The notes: generated by a model not told the origin, from the letters alone. A stretch of DNA of 45,621 nt from Guillardia theta CCMP2712 (GCF_000315625.1 NW_005434540.1:133313-178933), one strand, 5' to 3'; shown: positions 35,658 to 45,287, counted from the first letter of the stretch. A program made the numbers and translations.

Positions 35658-37400
35658 TTAAATCACGAATACCAAAGATTTCTTGGTAAGTTCAGAAGCT
35701 GATTTCCAGGAATGATCAGCTGGATTAGGATAGCCTTTCCAATGAACAAGATATTGGATACCACGACCACGTTGACGTTTGTCGAGAATCTGTTCCACTT
35801 CGTATTCGAGTCCTTGAGCTGTCGAAAGAGAATCCGGTCGATCGACGCGAAGCTCGAAGTTGGGATCGCGATGGCGGAGCCACTTGAGGTTGAAGACGCT
35901 GTGTTCAAGATGACGAAAGCGATCTGTCAGTTCTAGATGAACAGTGTTGTCAGAAACAAAGGAGAGGATCTTGAAGGGACCAATAAAACGAGGGCGGAGC
36001 TTGGGGAAGCTGTCGGTAATTGGAATATTCGTCGTTGAGAGCCACACGAGATCGCCGACGTTGAAACTGTGAGGGCGACGGTGTTGGTCAAGGGTCTGTT
36101 CAGTTGAACGAGCCATGTGATCGAGGGCATCGCGAGCGGCTTCCATGTGCACTTGGATGGCTTCGCGAATGTCGTCAGGATCGTCAGACGAGTTGGAAAG
36201 GTTAGGAAGAGCCAGTTGAATTTTGACGTTGCGGCCATAAATGATCTCGAATGGCGCAAGGCCTGTTGAACGTTTGATGGAAGAATTGTAATGCATCTCG
36301 AAGAGAGGAAGAAATCTGTCCCAGTCATGGTTGACGCGATTTCGAGAACGAGCTGAAGAAGAAGAATTGGCTGACGTTGGCGTGGAGGATGAATCAACGT
36401 GGAAGACGCAAAGAAACCAATCATCCTCGTCGGTGTCTTGTTGTTGAGAAGCAAAAACGTCGGTCAATGACAGGAAAGTAACTTGCGCAAAGGAGTGGGG
36501 AGCTGTAAGGGAATTGAGGGGAACCATTTCACATGTCGGAAGACGGACGAGTTGTTGTTTGTTGGAAATTTCAATCCATACTTCACGGGTGCGGGCATGA
36601 AAAACAAGTCCATATCGAGTTTGCCAAGTAAGGGAAAGGATACATGTAGATAATGTAGAAGGCAGCACATTGAAATGATCGGTAAATGAATGTTTGCCAA
36701 TTGAATAAGTAAGAGAAATAGTGCCGAGAGTCTGTAAGTGAACTCCATTGGCAACACAGACAGGGATACGAATAGAGCTGTCAATAGCGGATAAGGGAAT
36801 ATGCAAACGATCGAGGAGGGCGGTCGAAATAACATCGACGGCAGCGCCACCATCGAGAAGTGCTGTAAAATGATAAGGGTCAGCATCGGGCGATATAGAT
36901 CAGCAAGTCACGGGAAATTTGATAAGATCAGTGACTAGCGATGCTGAATTTTGCAGAACGGAAGGGGACGGAGTTTCAGCTGAGAAGATAAAATGAGAGC
37001 ACAGCTGGGGTTCCGTAGAAGAAGAGGGCATGCTCGTCGTCCAACTGCGGGAACCGAGAGCATGACCTGCGGTACCCTATTCCTGAGGAGGAGGGTCAGC
37101 AGGAGGCTGAGCTCTTGCTGGAGAGGACGAAGAGATTGTCCCAAAAGAAGCAGAGGCGGGGGCAACTGCGGGGGTTGGCGTGACGGGAGAGCCCGGGCCA
37201 AGAGCAGGAGCACCATTCTGAAGGAGAGCCAGGATGGCGTGAACGATGGCGGCAGGATTCGCTTGAGGCTGGGAAGGCTGGGTCACGGAGGAAGAAGCAT
37301 TACGGTCAGCTTGCTTTTTCTTGCGGCAGTACCTGAACGTGTGTCCGGAACGGTTACAGTACGTGACGAGTCGGAATATCAGGGTCAAGAAAGCCATTAG
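35658..37400 (-). mobile_element. Ty3/gypsy chromovirus remnant: gag knuckle, protease, integrase C-terminus and chromodomain; RT and RNase H missing
   Basis: xTYCNRSGHTFRYC knuckle, ALLDGGAAVDVI protease site (~36830-36862), DWDRFLP...YNSS...TGLAPFEIIYGR, KLRPRFIGPFKI, chromodomain EYEVEQILDKR...QYLVHWKGY. Confidence 0.9.
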
Positions 37401-38374
37401 CAAACTGCTGAAGAAGATCGTGCTCTTGAAACACGACAGCCTCAGATTTGTAGAGTAGAAGTTCGTCGACGTAACGTTGCGTCCGAAGAGTATAATCGGT
37501 GATCGATTCGTTGACACTTTGACGGAGACTGGTCGCCTGTTGCTGGAGCTTGGCAATGTGGGAGGCAACAGCAGCAGCAGCGAGTCAAGCACAAGGAACG
37601 AGGAAGAGAAGAAGATATACAATCATGTCAGCGCTTGCTCGACCTGCTTCCTTCCAGAGTCATCTTCACAACGGCTACCAAGCACGTCAGCCTCTGAGCC
37701 TGTTGACCCTGATGCGGGCTGCGACGAGTACTCCTGGCTGCATGGCCCGGAGGCAGCCCCACACGCTCGAGCCCAAGCAAGCCTCGACAGCAGCAGAAGC
37801 CGCTCTCCCCAGCCCCCACCGACGATGCGCCGAGTCGCATGTAGGCCCCATGCTTGAGGCTGATAGCCCGGCTCAGGCTCAAGCTCAAGGACAGGCCCCA
37901 GCTGAGGCTAAGGCCCCAGCTCAAGCTCAAGCTCCAGCCCTCACGGCCGTCGGTAGTATCTCGTCCGGGCTACGACTCGCCCCAGCATCCCATGCATCGT
38001 CTGGGCGGTCGGGGGCAGGCGCTGGACGAGCTCGCAGGTGCTGGCCGAGTTGCGTGGGCAGGTGGAGGGAGGGCTGCTGAGGGCACAGACGATAACAGCA
38101 GCATGGCAGGCAGGCAGAACGGCAGGCAGGCAGGAGAGGAGGAAGGCGTCGGGGTCGGCGTTGGCGTCAGCGTCCGTGAAGGGAAGGGAAGGGGGAGGGA
38201 CTGAGGAAGGCAGGAATGGTCACTGAATGGAAAAAGTTACCATTGTAGTAAAGTCAAAGCACCTGTCAGCAAGGTATCGCGCCAGTGCCAACGGGCGCAT
38301 GGCTGAGAAGTAACTTAGCTAGTCCTCTGTGTTCCTCTCAGAGCATCAGGCTTCACCATGTCATGACTTTGTCG

Positions 38375-38405
38375 AGGGTTTAGGGTTTAGGGTTTAGGGT
38401 TTAGG
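38375..38405 (+). repeat. Short telomeric (TTTAGGG)n tract
   Basis: Seen directly. Confidence 0.9.
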
Positions 38406-38786
38406 AGGCGCCGTTATTTTCGGCAGGCGCCGTTATTTTCGGCAGGCGCCGTTATTTTCGGCAGGCGCCGTTATTTCGGCAGAAGACGAAAGGGCAACGG
38501 TCAACGGACAGACCGAAGGTGAAGCCTCATAGGCGAAAAACAACCAACATGGCAAGGAAGGGGTTATTTTCGGCAGGCGCCGTTATTTTCGGCAGGCGCC
38601 GTTATTTTCGGCAGGCGCCGTTATTTTCGGCAGGTTTAGGGTTTTAGGGTTTAGGGTTTAGGGTTTAGGAGGCGCCGTTATTTTCGGCAGGCGCCGTTAT
38701 TTTCGGCAGGCGCCGTTATTTTCGGCAGGCGCCGTTATTTTCGGCAGGCGCCGTTATTTTCGGCAGGCGCCGTTATTTTCGGCAGC
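38406..38786 (+). repeat. 19-bp 5' repeats (cggcaggcgccgttatttt) of element copy 1, interrupted by a unique ~80-bp piece and a telomeric tract at 38633-38669
   Basis: Seen directly. Confidence 0.9.
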
Positions 38787-38875
38787 ATGGCTCCTCGTCA
38801 GGTGTAGGGGAAGCCGCCAGGGCGCCAAGGAAGCTGCAAGCAAGAGGTTTGTATACTTCAAATAGCTTTCTAAGT

Positions 38876-40942
38876 ATGGTTCTTCAGTATGATGAAAATG
38901 TTCGCAACCTGCTGTATCGGAGATCATGCCAATACACGCAGAGCGGACTTGTGGATGCCTCTGTCCTCGAAGCTGATCTCGTCGAGAGGGTGAAGAGCTT
39001 CGCGAAGCGTTATCCGAACAGCAGGACAGCCCAGGCTTGCAAGGCTGTGGAGGGATGCACCCCCGACGCTATCGCAGAAGCCATCCGCTCGACATGTCAG
39101 CAGGCACGACGTGAGCTTCTGCAAGAAGCGATGACTGGATGGAGTGACGCATCCAGAGAGTGGTTTATGCAGCAGATTGAAGAAGCCAAGAAGGAGAAGG
39201 TCGAGACATACACCGCCTCAGCAGGCAACGAGGTGACTTCCTTCATCTCCATGACTCTCCTGGGCATCTCCTCGGTGTATGTCAACCATGAAGAAAAGCT
39301 GAAGAAGAAATTTGAAGAGATCGGACTGATCGTAGACTCAGTGCAAGAGAGTAAAGCAATCATGTGGAAGGCTCCGTATAGACCCGAGATAGCGAGTGCT
39401 GAGGAGATCCCGGTGACTGTTTCCTTCCTCCGCAATGCACAAGCGGAGAAGCTCTGGCAGGGAAGAGAGGACTTCGCGATCGATGGTCGCAAGTTCACAG
39501 CTGTACATGTGAGCATCGTGCACGATCGATCTTTCAAGATTCGAGCCAAGAGAGGACCCTGGGGCAAAGGGGGCAGCTTGGCAGAGCTGACTCACCTGCT
39601 AACCTTGGGCGGCATGACAACGGCTGAGATAGCTGCCGTCTATCGCTATCAGCTGCTGCGCCAGTCCCTTGCAGCGGTCCAACTCCAGCCGCTGGCAGGC
39701 ATGCTGGTCGCTGGGGCGCCAGGCCAGCAAGTCCACAAAGGCTTAGGTCAGAAAGGCTTCATCGCTGTAGGGGCCAACGTCATCTGGAGACAGAGGGAGG
39801 TGGAGTGGATCGTCTCCTCGAGCTGCCCAGAGGCGAATGATACAGCATTTCGAGCTTTCCGAGAGAGCGAAGCGATGGAGGGAGTACACCTGACTCTGTT
39901 CAGCGAGGACCCGAAGATCAGAGAGGCGCTCGCAGTCGAGTTGACAGCTGATCGCTTTGTGTCCAGAAATAAGTTGAAGAAGGCATCAAGGATGCAGAAG
40001 AAGGCAGGCGGCAAGGACGGCAAGGAGATCAAGATCATCATCAAGTCGACGGCGGCATCTGGTCGCTTCACGAGGAAGGAGATGGAGGGGCTGTGCAACG
40101 GCGGCAACACGTCCATCGCAAGAGTCAAGAGAGTCTTGTTGGAGATCGCTAACAGGCTCGAGATCAACGTTGAAGGCATCGACATGGAGGAGGATTTGAA
40201 CACCAAGTCCTGGAACGGGTCCAAGCTATGCATCCTCCTCGGCTCCACGGAGGATGCTCGACGCATGATGAAGGAGCTGCCCTTCTATCTCGAAGGCGCA
40301 GCAACCAAGCTCGAAGCAGTCGGCTTCGACAAGGAGCCTGACTCTGAGGCGGCTGGTCAGCGGGGCACCAGCGACGCAGCGCAGCGACAGGAGGAGAGCG
40401 AGGGAGAGTGGCTGGAGTTTACAGACATGGAGAGGATCACAATGGAGGCAGCATCTCCGTCAAGCCAAGAGGACATGCAGCTCGTCAGCGAGCTGTCAGC
40501 AGTCATCGAAGATGCAACTTCTTTGAACGAGGCAGGGACGAGCGAGCCGATCAAGCTGGTCCTGGACAAGGCCGTTGGCAACCTCCACGACACCTTCTAC
40601 TCTCCGGGGAGCCTGGAGTTCATGGCGCTGGGAGAGTGGGCGAAGATGCCAGAGGAGCAGGGAGTGGGACGCAACGCGCTCAAGGAGAAGCTGGGGAAGT
40701 GGCTGCAGAGCAAGCGCTGGACTCGCGTGCAAGGAGAGAGCAAGAAGGCAAGGAGGGGCAGCGCGTTCTCGCCACGGGCAACGGCAGCTGCTGAGCTTGA
40801 GCAGGAGGCGGAGAGCGACGACATAGAGCGTCGATCTCTTAGCTTCCTGTTCATAGCACTGAGTAAATTCGCAGAGATGCATGTGCTGGCCTGCTCGCTG
40901 AAGGTGGACAAGAAGGACCGACTGCGAGTGGAGATGAGGTAA
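38876..40942 (+). CDS. Element ORF, copy 1 (RRM-like, ORF1/gag-type protein) with premature TAA relative to copy 2
   Basis: First in-frame ATG is at 38876. RRM-like pattern ISMTLLGIS...EEKLKKKFEEIG...VTVSFLRNAQAEKLW...FAIDGRKFTAV. No RT, endonuclease or CCHC motifs seen. Confidence 0.75.
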   Translation: MVLQYDENVRNLLYRRSCQYTQSGLVDASVLEADLVERVKSFAKRYPNSRTAQACKAVEGCTPDAIAEAIRSTCQQARRELLQEAMTGWSDASREWFMQQIEEAKKEKVETYTASAGNEVTSFISMTLLGISSVYVNHEEKLKKKFEEIGLIVDSVQESKAIMWKAPYRPEIASAEEIPVTVSFLRNAQAEKLWQGREDFAIDGRKFTAVHVSIVHDRSFKIRAKRGPWGKGGSLAELTHLLTLGGMTTAEIAAVYRYQLLRQSLAAVQLQPLAGMLVAGAPGQQVHKGLGQKGFIAVGANVIWRQREVEWIVSSSCPEANDTAFRAFRESEAMEGVHLTLFSEDPKIREALAVELTADRFVSRNKLKKASRMQKKAGGKDGKEIKIIIKSTAASGRFTRKEMEGLCNGGNTSIARVKRVLLEIANRLEINVEGIDMEEDLNTKSWNGSKLCILLGSTEDARRMMKELPFYLEGAATKLEAVGFDKEPDSEAAGQRGTSDAAQRQEESEGEWLEFTDMERITMEAASPSSQEDMQLVSELSAVIEDATSLNEAGTSEPIKLVLDKAVGNLHDTFYSPGSLEFMALGEWAKMPEEQGVGRNALKEKLGKWLQSKRWTRVQGESKKARRGSAFSPRATAAAELEQEAESDDIERRSLSFLFIALSKFAEMHVLACSLKVDKKDRLRVEMR

Positions 40943-41054
40943 GATGACGAAGAAGAGGAAGACATGGAGGAAGAGCAAGGCGAGGGCGAGGAAGAAGACG
41001 GGGCGAGCCCGTACCGAGCTTGAGCTGAGCTCAAGGTAAGGAGAGAAGGTAGGA

Positions 41055-41262
41055 GGCGACCGAAGGCCAAGGTGAGGAGAGGCAACTCTCCTGACTGAAG
41101 CTGAGGAAGCTGAATGGAGGACGAGTAGGTGGCGACCGAAGGCCAAGGTGAGGAGAGGCAACTCTTCTGACTGAGGCTGAGGAAGCTGAATGGAGGTAGA
41201 GTAGGTGGTGACCGAAGGCCAAGGTGAGGAGAGGCAACTCTCCTGACTGAGGCTGAGGAAGC
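41055..41262 (+). repeat. 76-bp 3' tandem repeat (~2.7 copies) containing an AGGAGAG-GCAA-CTCTCCT hairpin
   Basis: Units start at 41055, 41131 and 41207. Confidence 0.9.
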
Positions 41263-41702
41263 CAAGAGAAGACAGCAGAAGTAGAGAGTAGAAAGACGCC
41301 TCAGAAGCAGGGTTCGCATTGTAGGCCGTGTACTCCCAGTGCTCGAGCGCCTCTTTAGACTAGGATCCAATTGCACAAGCCCACAACGAGGCCGAGCAAC
41401 ATTCTAGCGCCGGTTATTTCAGGCAGCGCCGGTTATTTCAGGCAGCGCCGGTTATTTCAGGCAGCGCCGGTTATTTCAGGCAGCGCCGGTTATTTCAGGC
41501 AGCGCCGGTTATTTCAGGCAGCGCCGGTTATTTCAGGCAGCGTTTCGGCAGCAGGCGCCGTTATTTTCAGGCAGCGCCGGTTATTTCAGGCAGCGCCGGT
41601 TATTTCAGGCACCATGGCTGCACGCGTGGTGTAGGGGAAGCTGCCAGGGCGCCAAGGAAGCTGCAAGCAAGAGGTTTGTATACTTCAAATAGCTTTCTAA
41701 GT

Positions 41703-43850
41703 ATGGTTCTTCAGTATGATGAAAATGTTCGCAACCTGCTGTATCGGAGATCATGCCAATACACGCAGAGCGGACTTGTGGATGCCTCTGTCCTCGAAGC
41801 TGATCTTGTCGAGAGGGTGAAGAGCTTCGCGAAGCGTTATCCGAACAGCAGGACAGCTCAGGCTTGCAAGGCTGTGGAGGGATGCACCCCCGACGCTATC
41901 GCAGAAGCCATCCGCTCGACATGTCAGCAGGCACGACGTGAGCTTCTACAAGAAGCGATGACTGGATGGAGTGACGCATCCAGAGAGTGGTTTATGCAGC
42001 AGATTGAAGAAGCCAAGAAGGAGAAGGTCGAGACATACACCGCCTCAGCAGGCAACGAGGTGACTTCCTTCATCTCCATGACTCTCCTGGGCATCTCCTC
42101 GGTGTATGTCAACCATGAAGAAAAGCTGAAGAAGAAATTTGAAGAGATCGGACTGATCGTAGACTCAGTGCAAGAGAGTAAAGCAATCATGTGGAAGGCT
42201 CCGTATAGACCCGAGATAGCGAGTGCTGAGGAGATCCCGGTGACTGTTTCCTTCCTCCGCAATGCACAAGCGGAGAAGCTCTGGCAGGGAAGAGAGGACT
42301 TCGCGATCGATGGTCGCAAGTTCACAGCTGTACATGTGAGCATCGTGCACGATCGATCTTTCAAGATTCGAGCCAAGAGAGGACCCTGGGGCAAAGGGGG
42401 CAGCTTGGCAGAGCTGACTCACCTGCTAACCTTGGGCGGCATGACAACGGCTGAGATAGCTGCCGTCTATCGCTATCAGCTGCTGCGCCAGTCCCTTGCA
42501 GCGGTCCAACTCCAGCCGCTGGCAGGCATGCTGGTCGCTGGGGCGCCAGGACAGCAAGTCCACAAAGGCTTAGGTCAGAAAGGCTTCATCGCTGTAGGGG
42601 CCAACGTCATCTGGAGACAGAGGGAGGTGGAGTGGATCGTCTCCTCGAGCTGCCCAGAGGCGAATGATACAGCATTTCGAGCTTTCCGAGAGAGCGAAGC
42701 GATGGAGGGAGTACACCTGACTCTGTTCAGCGAGGACCCGAAGATCAGAGAGGCGCTCGCAGTCGAGTTGACAGCTGATCGCTTTGTGTCCAGAAATAAG
42801 TTGAAGAAGGCATCAAGGATGCAGAAGAAGGCAGGCGGCAAGGACGGCAAGGAGATCAAGATCATCATCAAGTCGACGGCGGCATCTGGTCGCTTCACGA
42901 GGAAGGAGATGGAGGGGCTGTGCAACGGCGGCAACACGTCCATCGCAAGAGTCAAGAGAGTCTTGTTGGAGATCGCTAACAGGCTCGAGATCAAAGTTGA
43001 AGGCATCGACATGGAGGAGGATTTGAACACCAAGTCCTGGAACGGGTCCAAGCTATGCATCCTCCTCGGCTCCACGGAGGATGCTCGACGCATGATGAAG
43101 GAGCTGCCCTTCTATCTCGAAGGCGCAGCAACCAAGCTCGAAGCAGTCGGCTTCGACAAGGAGCCTGACTCTGAGGCGGCTGGTCAGCGGGGCACCAGCG
43201 ACGCAGCGCAGCGACAGGAGGAGAGCGAGGGAGAGTGGCTGGAGTTTACAGACCTGGAGAGGATCACAATGGAGGCAGCATCTCCGTCAAGCCAAGAGGA
43301 CATGCAGCTCGTCAGCGAGCTGTCAGCAGTCATCGAAGATGCAGCTTCTTTGAACGAGGCAGGGACGAGCGAGCCGATCAAGCTGGTCCTGGACAAGGCC
43401 GTTGGCAACCTCCACGACACGTTCTACTCTCCGGGGAGCCTGGAGTTCATGTCGCTGGGAGAGTGGGCGAAGATGCCAGAGGAGCAGGGAGTAGGGCGCA
43501 ACGTTCTCAAGGAGAAGCTGGGGAAGTGGCTGCAGAGCAAACGCTGGACTCGCGTGCAAGGAGAGAGCAAGAAGGCAAGGAGGGGCAGCGCGTTCTCGCC
43601 ACGGGCAACGGCAGCTGCTGAGCTTGAGCAGGAGGCGGAGAGCGACGACATAGAGCGTCGATCTCTTAGCTTCCTGTTCATAGCACTGAGTAAATTCGCA
43701 GAGATGCATGTGCTGGCCTGCTCGCTGAAGGTGGACAAGAAGGACCGACTGCGAGTGGAGATGAGGGAAGATGGCGAAGAAGAGGAAGACATGGAGGAAG
43801 AGCAAGGCGAGGGCGAGGAAGAAGACGGGGCGAGCCCGTACCGAGCTTGA
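41703..43850 (+). CDS. Element ORF, copy 2, intact with acidic C-terminal tail
   Basis: Uninterrupted ORF ending ...REDGEEEEDMEEEQGEGEEEDGASPYRA*. Confidence 0.8.
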   Translation: MVLQYDENVRNLLYRRSCQYTQSGLVDASVLEADLVERVKSFAKRYPNSRTAQACKAVEGCTPDAIAEAIRSTCQQARRELLQEAMTGWSDASREWFMQQIEEAKKEKVETYTASAGNEVTSFISMTLLGISSVYVNHEEKLKKKFEEIGLIVDSVQESKAIMWKAPYRPEIASAEEIPVTVSFLRNAQAEKLWQGREDFAIDGRKFTAVHVSIVHDRSFKIRAKRGPWGKGGSLAELTHLLTLGGMTTAEIAAVYRYQLLRQSLAAVQLQPLAGMLVAGAPGQQVHKGLGQKGFIAVGANVIWRQREVEWIVSSSCPEANDTAFRAFRESEAMEGVHLTLFSEDPKIREALAVELTADRFVSRNKLKKASRMQKKAGGKDGKEIKIIIKSTAASGRFTRKEMEGLCNGGNTSIARVKRVLLEIANRLEIKVEGIDMEEDLNTKSWNGSKLCILLGSTEDARRMMKELPFYLEGAATKLEAVGFDKEPDSEAAGQRGTSDAAQRQEESEGEWLEFTDLERITMEAASPSSQEDMQLVSELSAVIEDAASLNEAGTSEPIKLVLDKAVGNLHDTFYSPGSLEFMSLGEWAKMPEEQGVGRNVLKEKLGKWLQSKRWTRVQGESKKARRGSAFSPRATAAAELEQEAESDDIERRSLSFLFIALSKFAEMHVLACSLKVDKKDRLRVEMREDGEEEEDMEEEQGEGEEEDGASPYRA

Positions 43851-43880
43851 GCTGAGCTCAAGGTAAGTAGAGAAGGTGGA

Positions 43881-44088
43881 GGCGACCGAAGGCCAAGGTG
43901 AGGAGAGGCAACTCTCCTGACTGAAGCTGAGGAAGCTGAATGGAGGAGGAGTAGGTGGCGACCGAAGGCCAAGGTGAGGAGAGGCAACTCTCCTGACTGA
44001 GGCTGAGGAAGCTGAATGGAGGTAGAGTAGGTGGTGACCGAAGGCCAAGGTGAGGAGAGGCAACTCTCCTGACTGAGGCTGAGGAAGC
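43881..44088 (+). repeat. 76-bp 3' hairpin repeat, copy 2
   Basis: Same units as 41055-41262. Confidence 0.9.
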
Positions 44089-44264
44089 CAAGAGAAGACA
44101 GCAAAAGTAGAAAGTAGAAAGACGCCTCAGAAGCAGGGTTCGCATTGTAGGCCGTGTACTCCCAGTGCTCGAGCGCCTCTTTAGACTAGGATCAAATTGC
44201 ATAAGCCCACAACGAGGCCGAGCAACATTCTAGCATTCTAATAAACTCACATAATAATAATAAT

Positions 44265-44435
44265 AGGGTTTAGGGTTTAGGGTTTAGGGTTTAGGGTTTA
44301 GGGTTTAGGGTTTAGGGTTTAGGGTTTAGGGTTTAGGGTTTAGGGTTTAGGGTTTAGGGTTTAGGGTTTAGGGTTTAGGGTTTAGGGTTTAGGGTTTAGG
44401 GTTTAGGGTTTAGGGTTTAGGGTTTAGGGTTTAGG
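44265..44435 (+). repeat. Telomeric (TTTAGGG)n tract
   Basis: Perfect repeats. Confidence 0.98.
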
Positions 44436-44650
44436 AGCCGGCCCTTAGTAAGAGCAGCCGGCCCTTAGTAAGAGCAGCCGGCCCTTAGTAAGAGCATGCG
44501 GCCCTGCGGCGCGTAGGGAGAGCGCAAGGGGACCGGTGGAAGCTGCGAGCAAGAGGTTCATATAGTTCAAACAGCTTTCTAAGCATGGTACTACAGTATG
44601 ATGAGAGCGTTCGCAACCTGCTGTATCGGAGATCATGCCAATACACGCAG
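44436..44650 (+). mobile_element. 3'-truncated, divergent-subfamily copy of the element (20-bp 5' repeats agagcagccggcccttagta)
   Basis: The leader and MVLQYDESVRNLLYRRSCQYTQ match the ORF start, then the sequence runs directly into telomeric repeats. Confidence 0.88.
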
Positions 44651-45287
44651 GGTGAGGGTTTAGGGTTTAGGGTTTAGGGTTTAGGGTTTAGGGTTTAGGG
44701 TTTAGGGTTTAGGGTTTAGGGTTTAGGGTTTAGGGTTTAGGGTTTAGGGTTTAGGGTTTAGGGTTTAGGGTTTAGGGTTTAGGGTTTAGGGTTTAGGGTT
44801 TAGGGTTTAGGGTTTAGGGTTTAGGGTTTAGGGTTTAGGGTTTAGGGTTTAGGGTTTAGGGTTTAGGGTTTAGGGTTTAGGGTTTAGGGTTTAGGGTTTA
44901 GGGTTTAGGGTTTAGGGTTTAGGGTTTAGGGTTTAGGGTTTAGCGTCTAGGCTATAGGGTTTAGTGTCTAGGGTGTAGGGTCTAGGGTTTAGGGTTTAAG
45001 GTTTAGGGTTTAGGCTTTAGGGTTTAGGGTTTAGGGTTTAGGGTTTAGGCTTTCGGGTTTAGGGTTTAGGGTTTAGGGTTTAGGGTTTAGGGTTTAGGGT
45101 TTAGGGTTTAGGGTTTAGGGTTTAGGGTTTAGGGTTTAGGGTTTAGGGTTTAGGGTTTAGGGTTTAGGGTTTAGGGTTTAGGGTTTAGGGTTTAGGGTTT
45201 AGGGTTTAGGGTTTAGGGTTTAGGGTTTAGGGTTTAGGGTTTAGGGTTTAGGGTTTAGGGTTTAGGGTTTAGGGTTTAGGGTTTAGG
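44651..45287 (+). repeat. Telomeric (TTTAGGG)n tract with a variant patch at ~44943-45056
   Basis: Seen directly. Confidence 0.98.

Larger units (their letters stand above)
38670..41408 (+). mobile_element. Telomere-associated single-ORF element, copy 1 (lacks the polyA signal and tail)
   Basis: Begins right after TTTAGG and is near-identical to 41409-44264. Confidence 0.9.
41409..44264 (+). mobile_element. Telomere-associated single-ORF element, copy 2 (complete, with AATAAA and (TAA)n tail joined to AGGG)
   Basis: 19-bp repeats ggcagcgccggttatttca, ORF, 76-bp repeats, AATAAA at 44240-44245, ataataataataat at 44251-44264, then (AGGGTTT)n. Confidence 0.92.

Noticed and set aside
37550-38226. 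Gene in the AQAQAP-rich ORFs
   Set aside because: Overlapping low-complexity ORFs with no recognisable domain or consistent splice pattern.
38230-38372. 5' LTR and PBS for the chromovirus (minus strand ...taCA a TGGTAAC)
   Set aside because: No matching second LTR could be found near 35100-35650, so boundaries are unsupported.
38849-38851. TTG start assigned to the element ORF
   Set aside because: Eukaryotic context, and the TTG is not conserved in the 44436 copy. ATG 38876 or the spliced ATG 38787 is more plausible.
38850-38892. Antisense minimal hammerhead (CTGAAGA...GAAAGCTA)
   Set aside because: Stem II does not pair, and the core is not conserved in the 44436 copy.
41095-41305. Hammerhead ribozyme in the 3' repeats (CTGAGGA ... 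GAAA)
   Set aside because: No stem II and no properly placed GAAA...UH. An HDV-like fold on either strand also failed at P1/P2.
44265-45287. Actual chromosome terminus
   Set aside because: Another element copy follows, so these tracts are internal to the array within this window.
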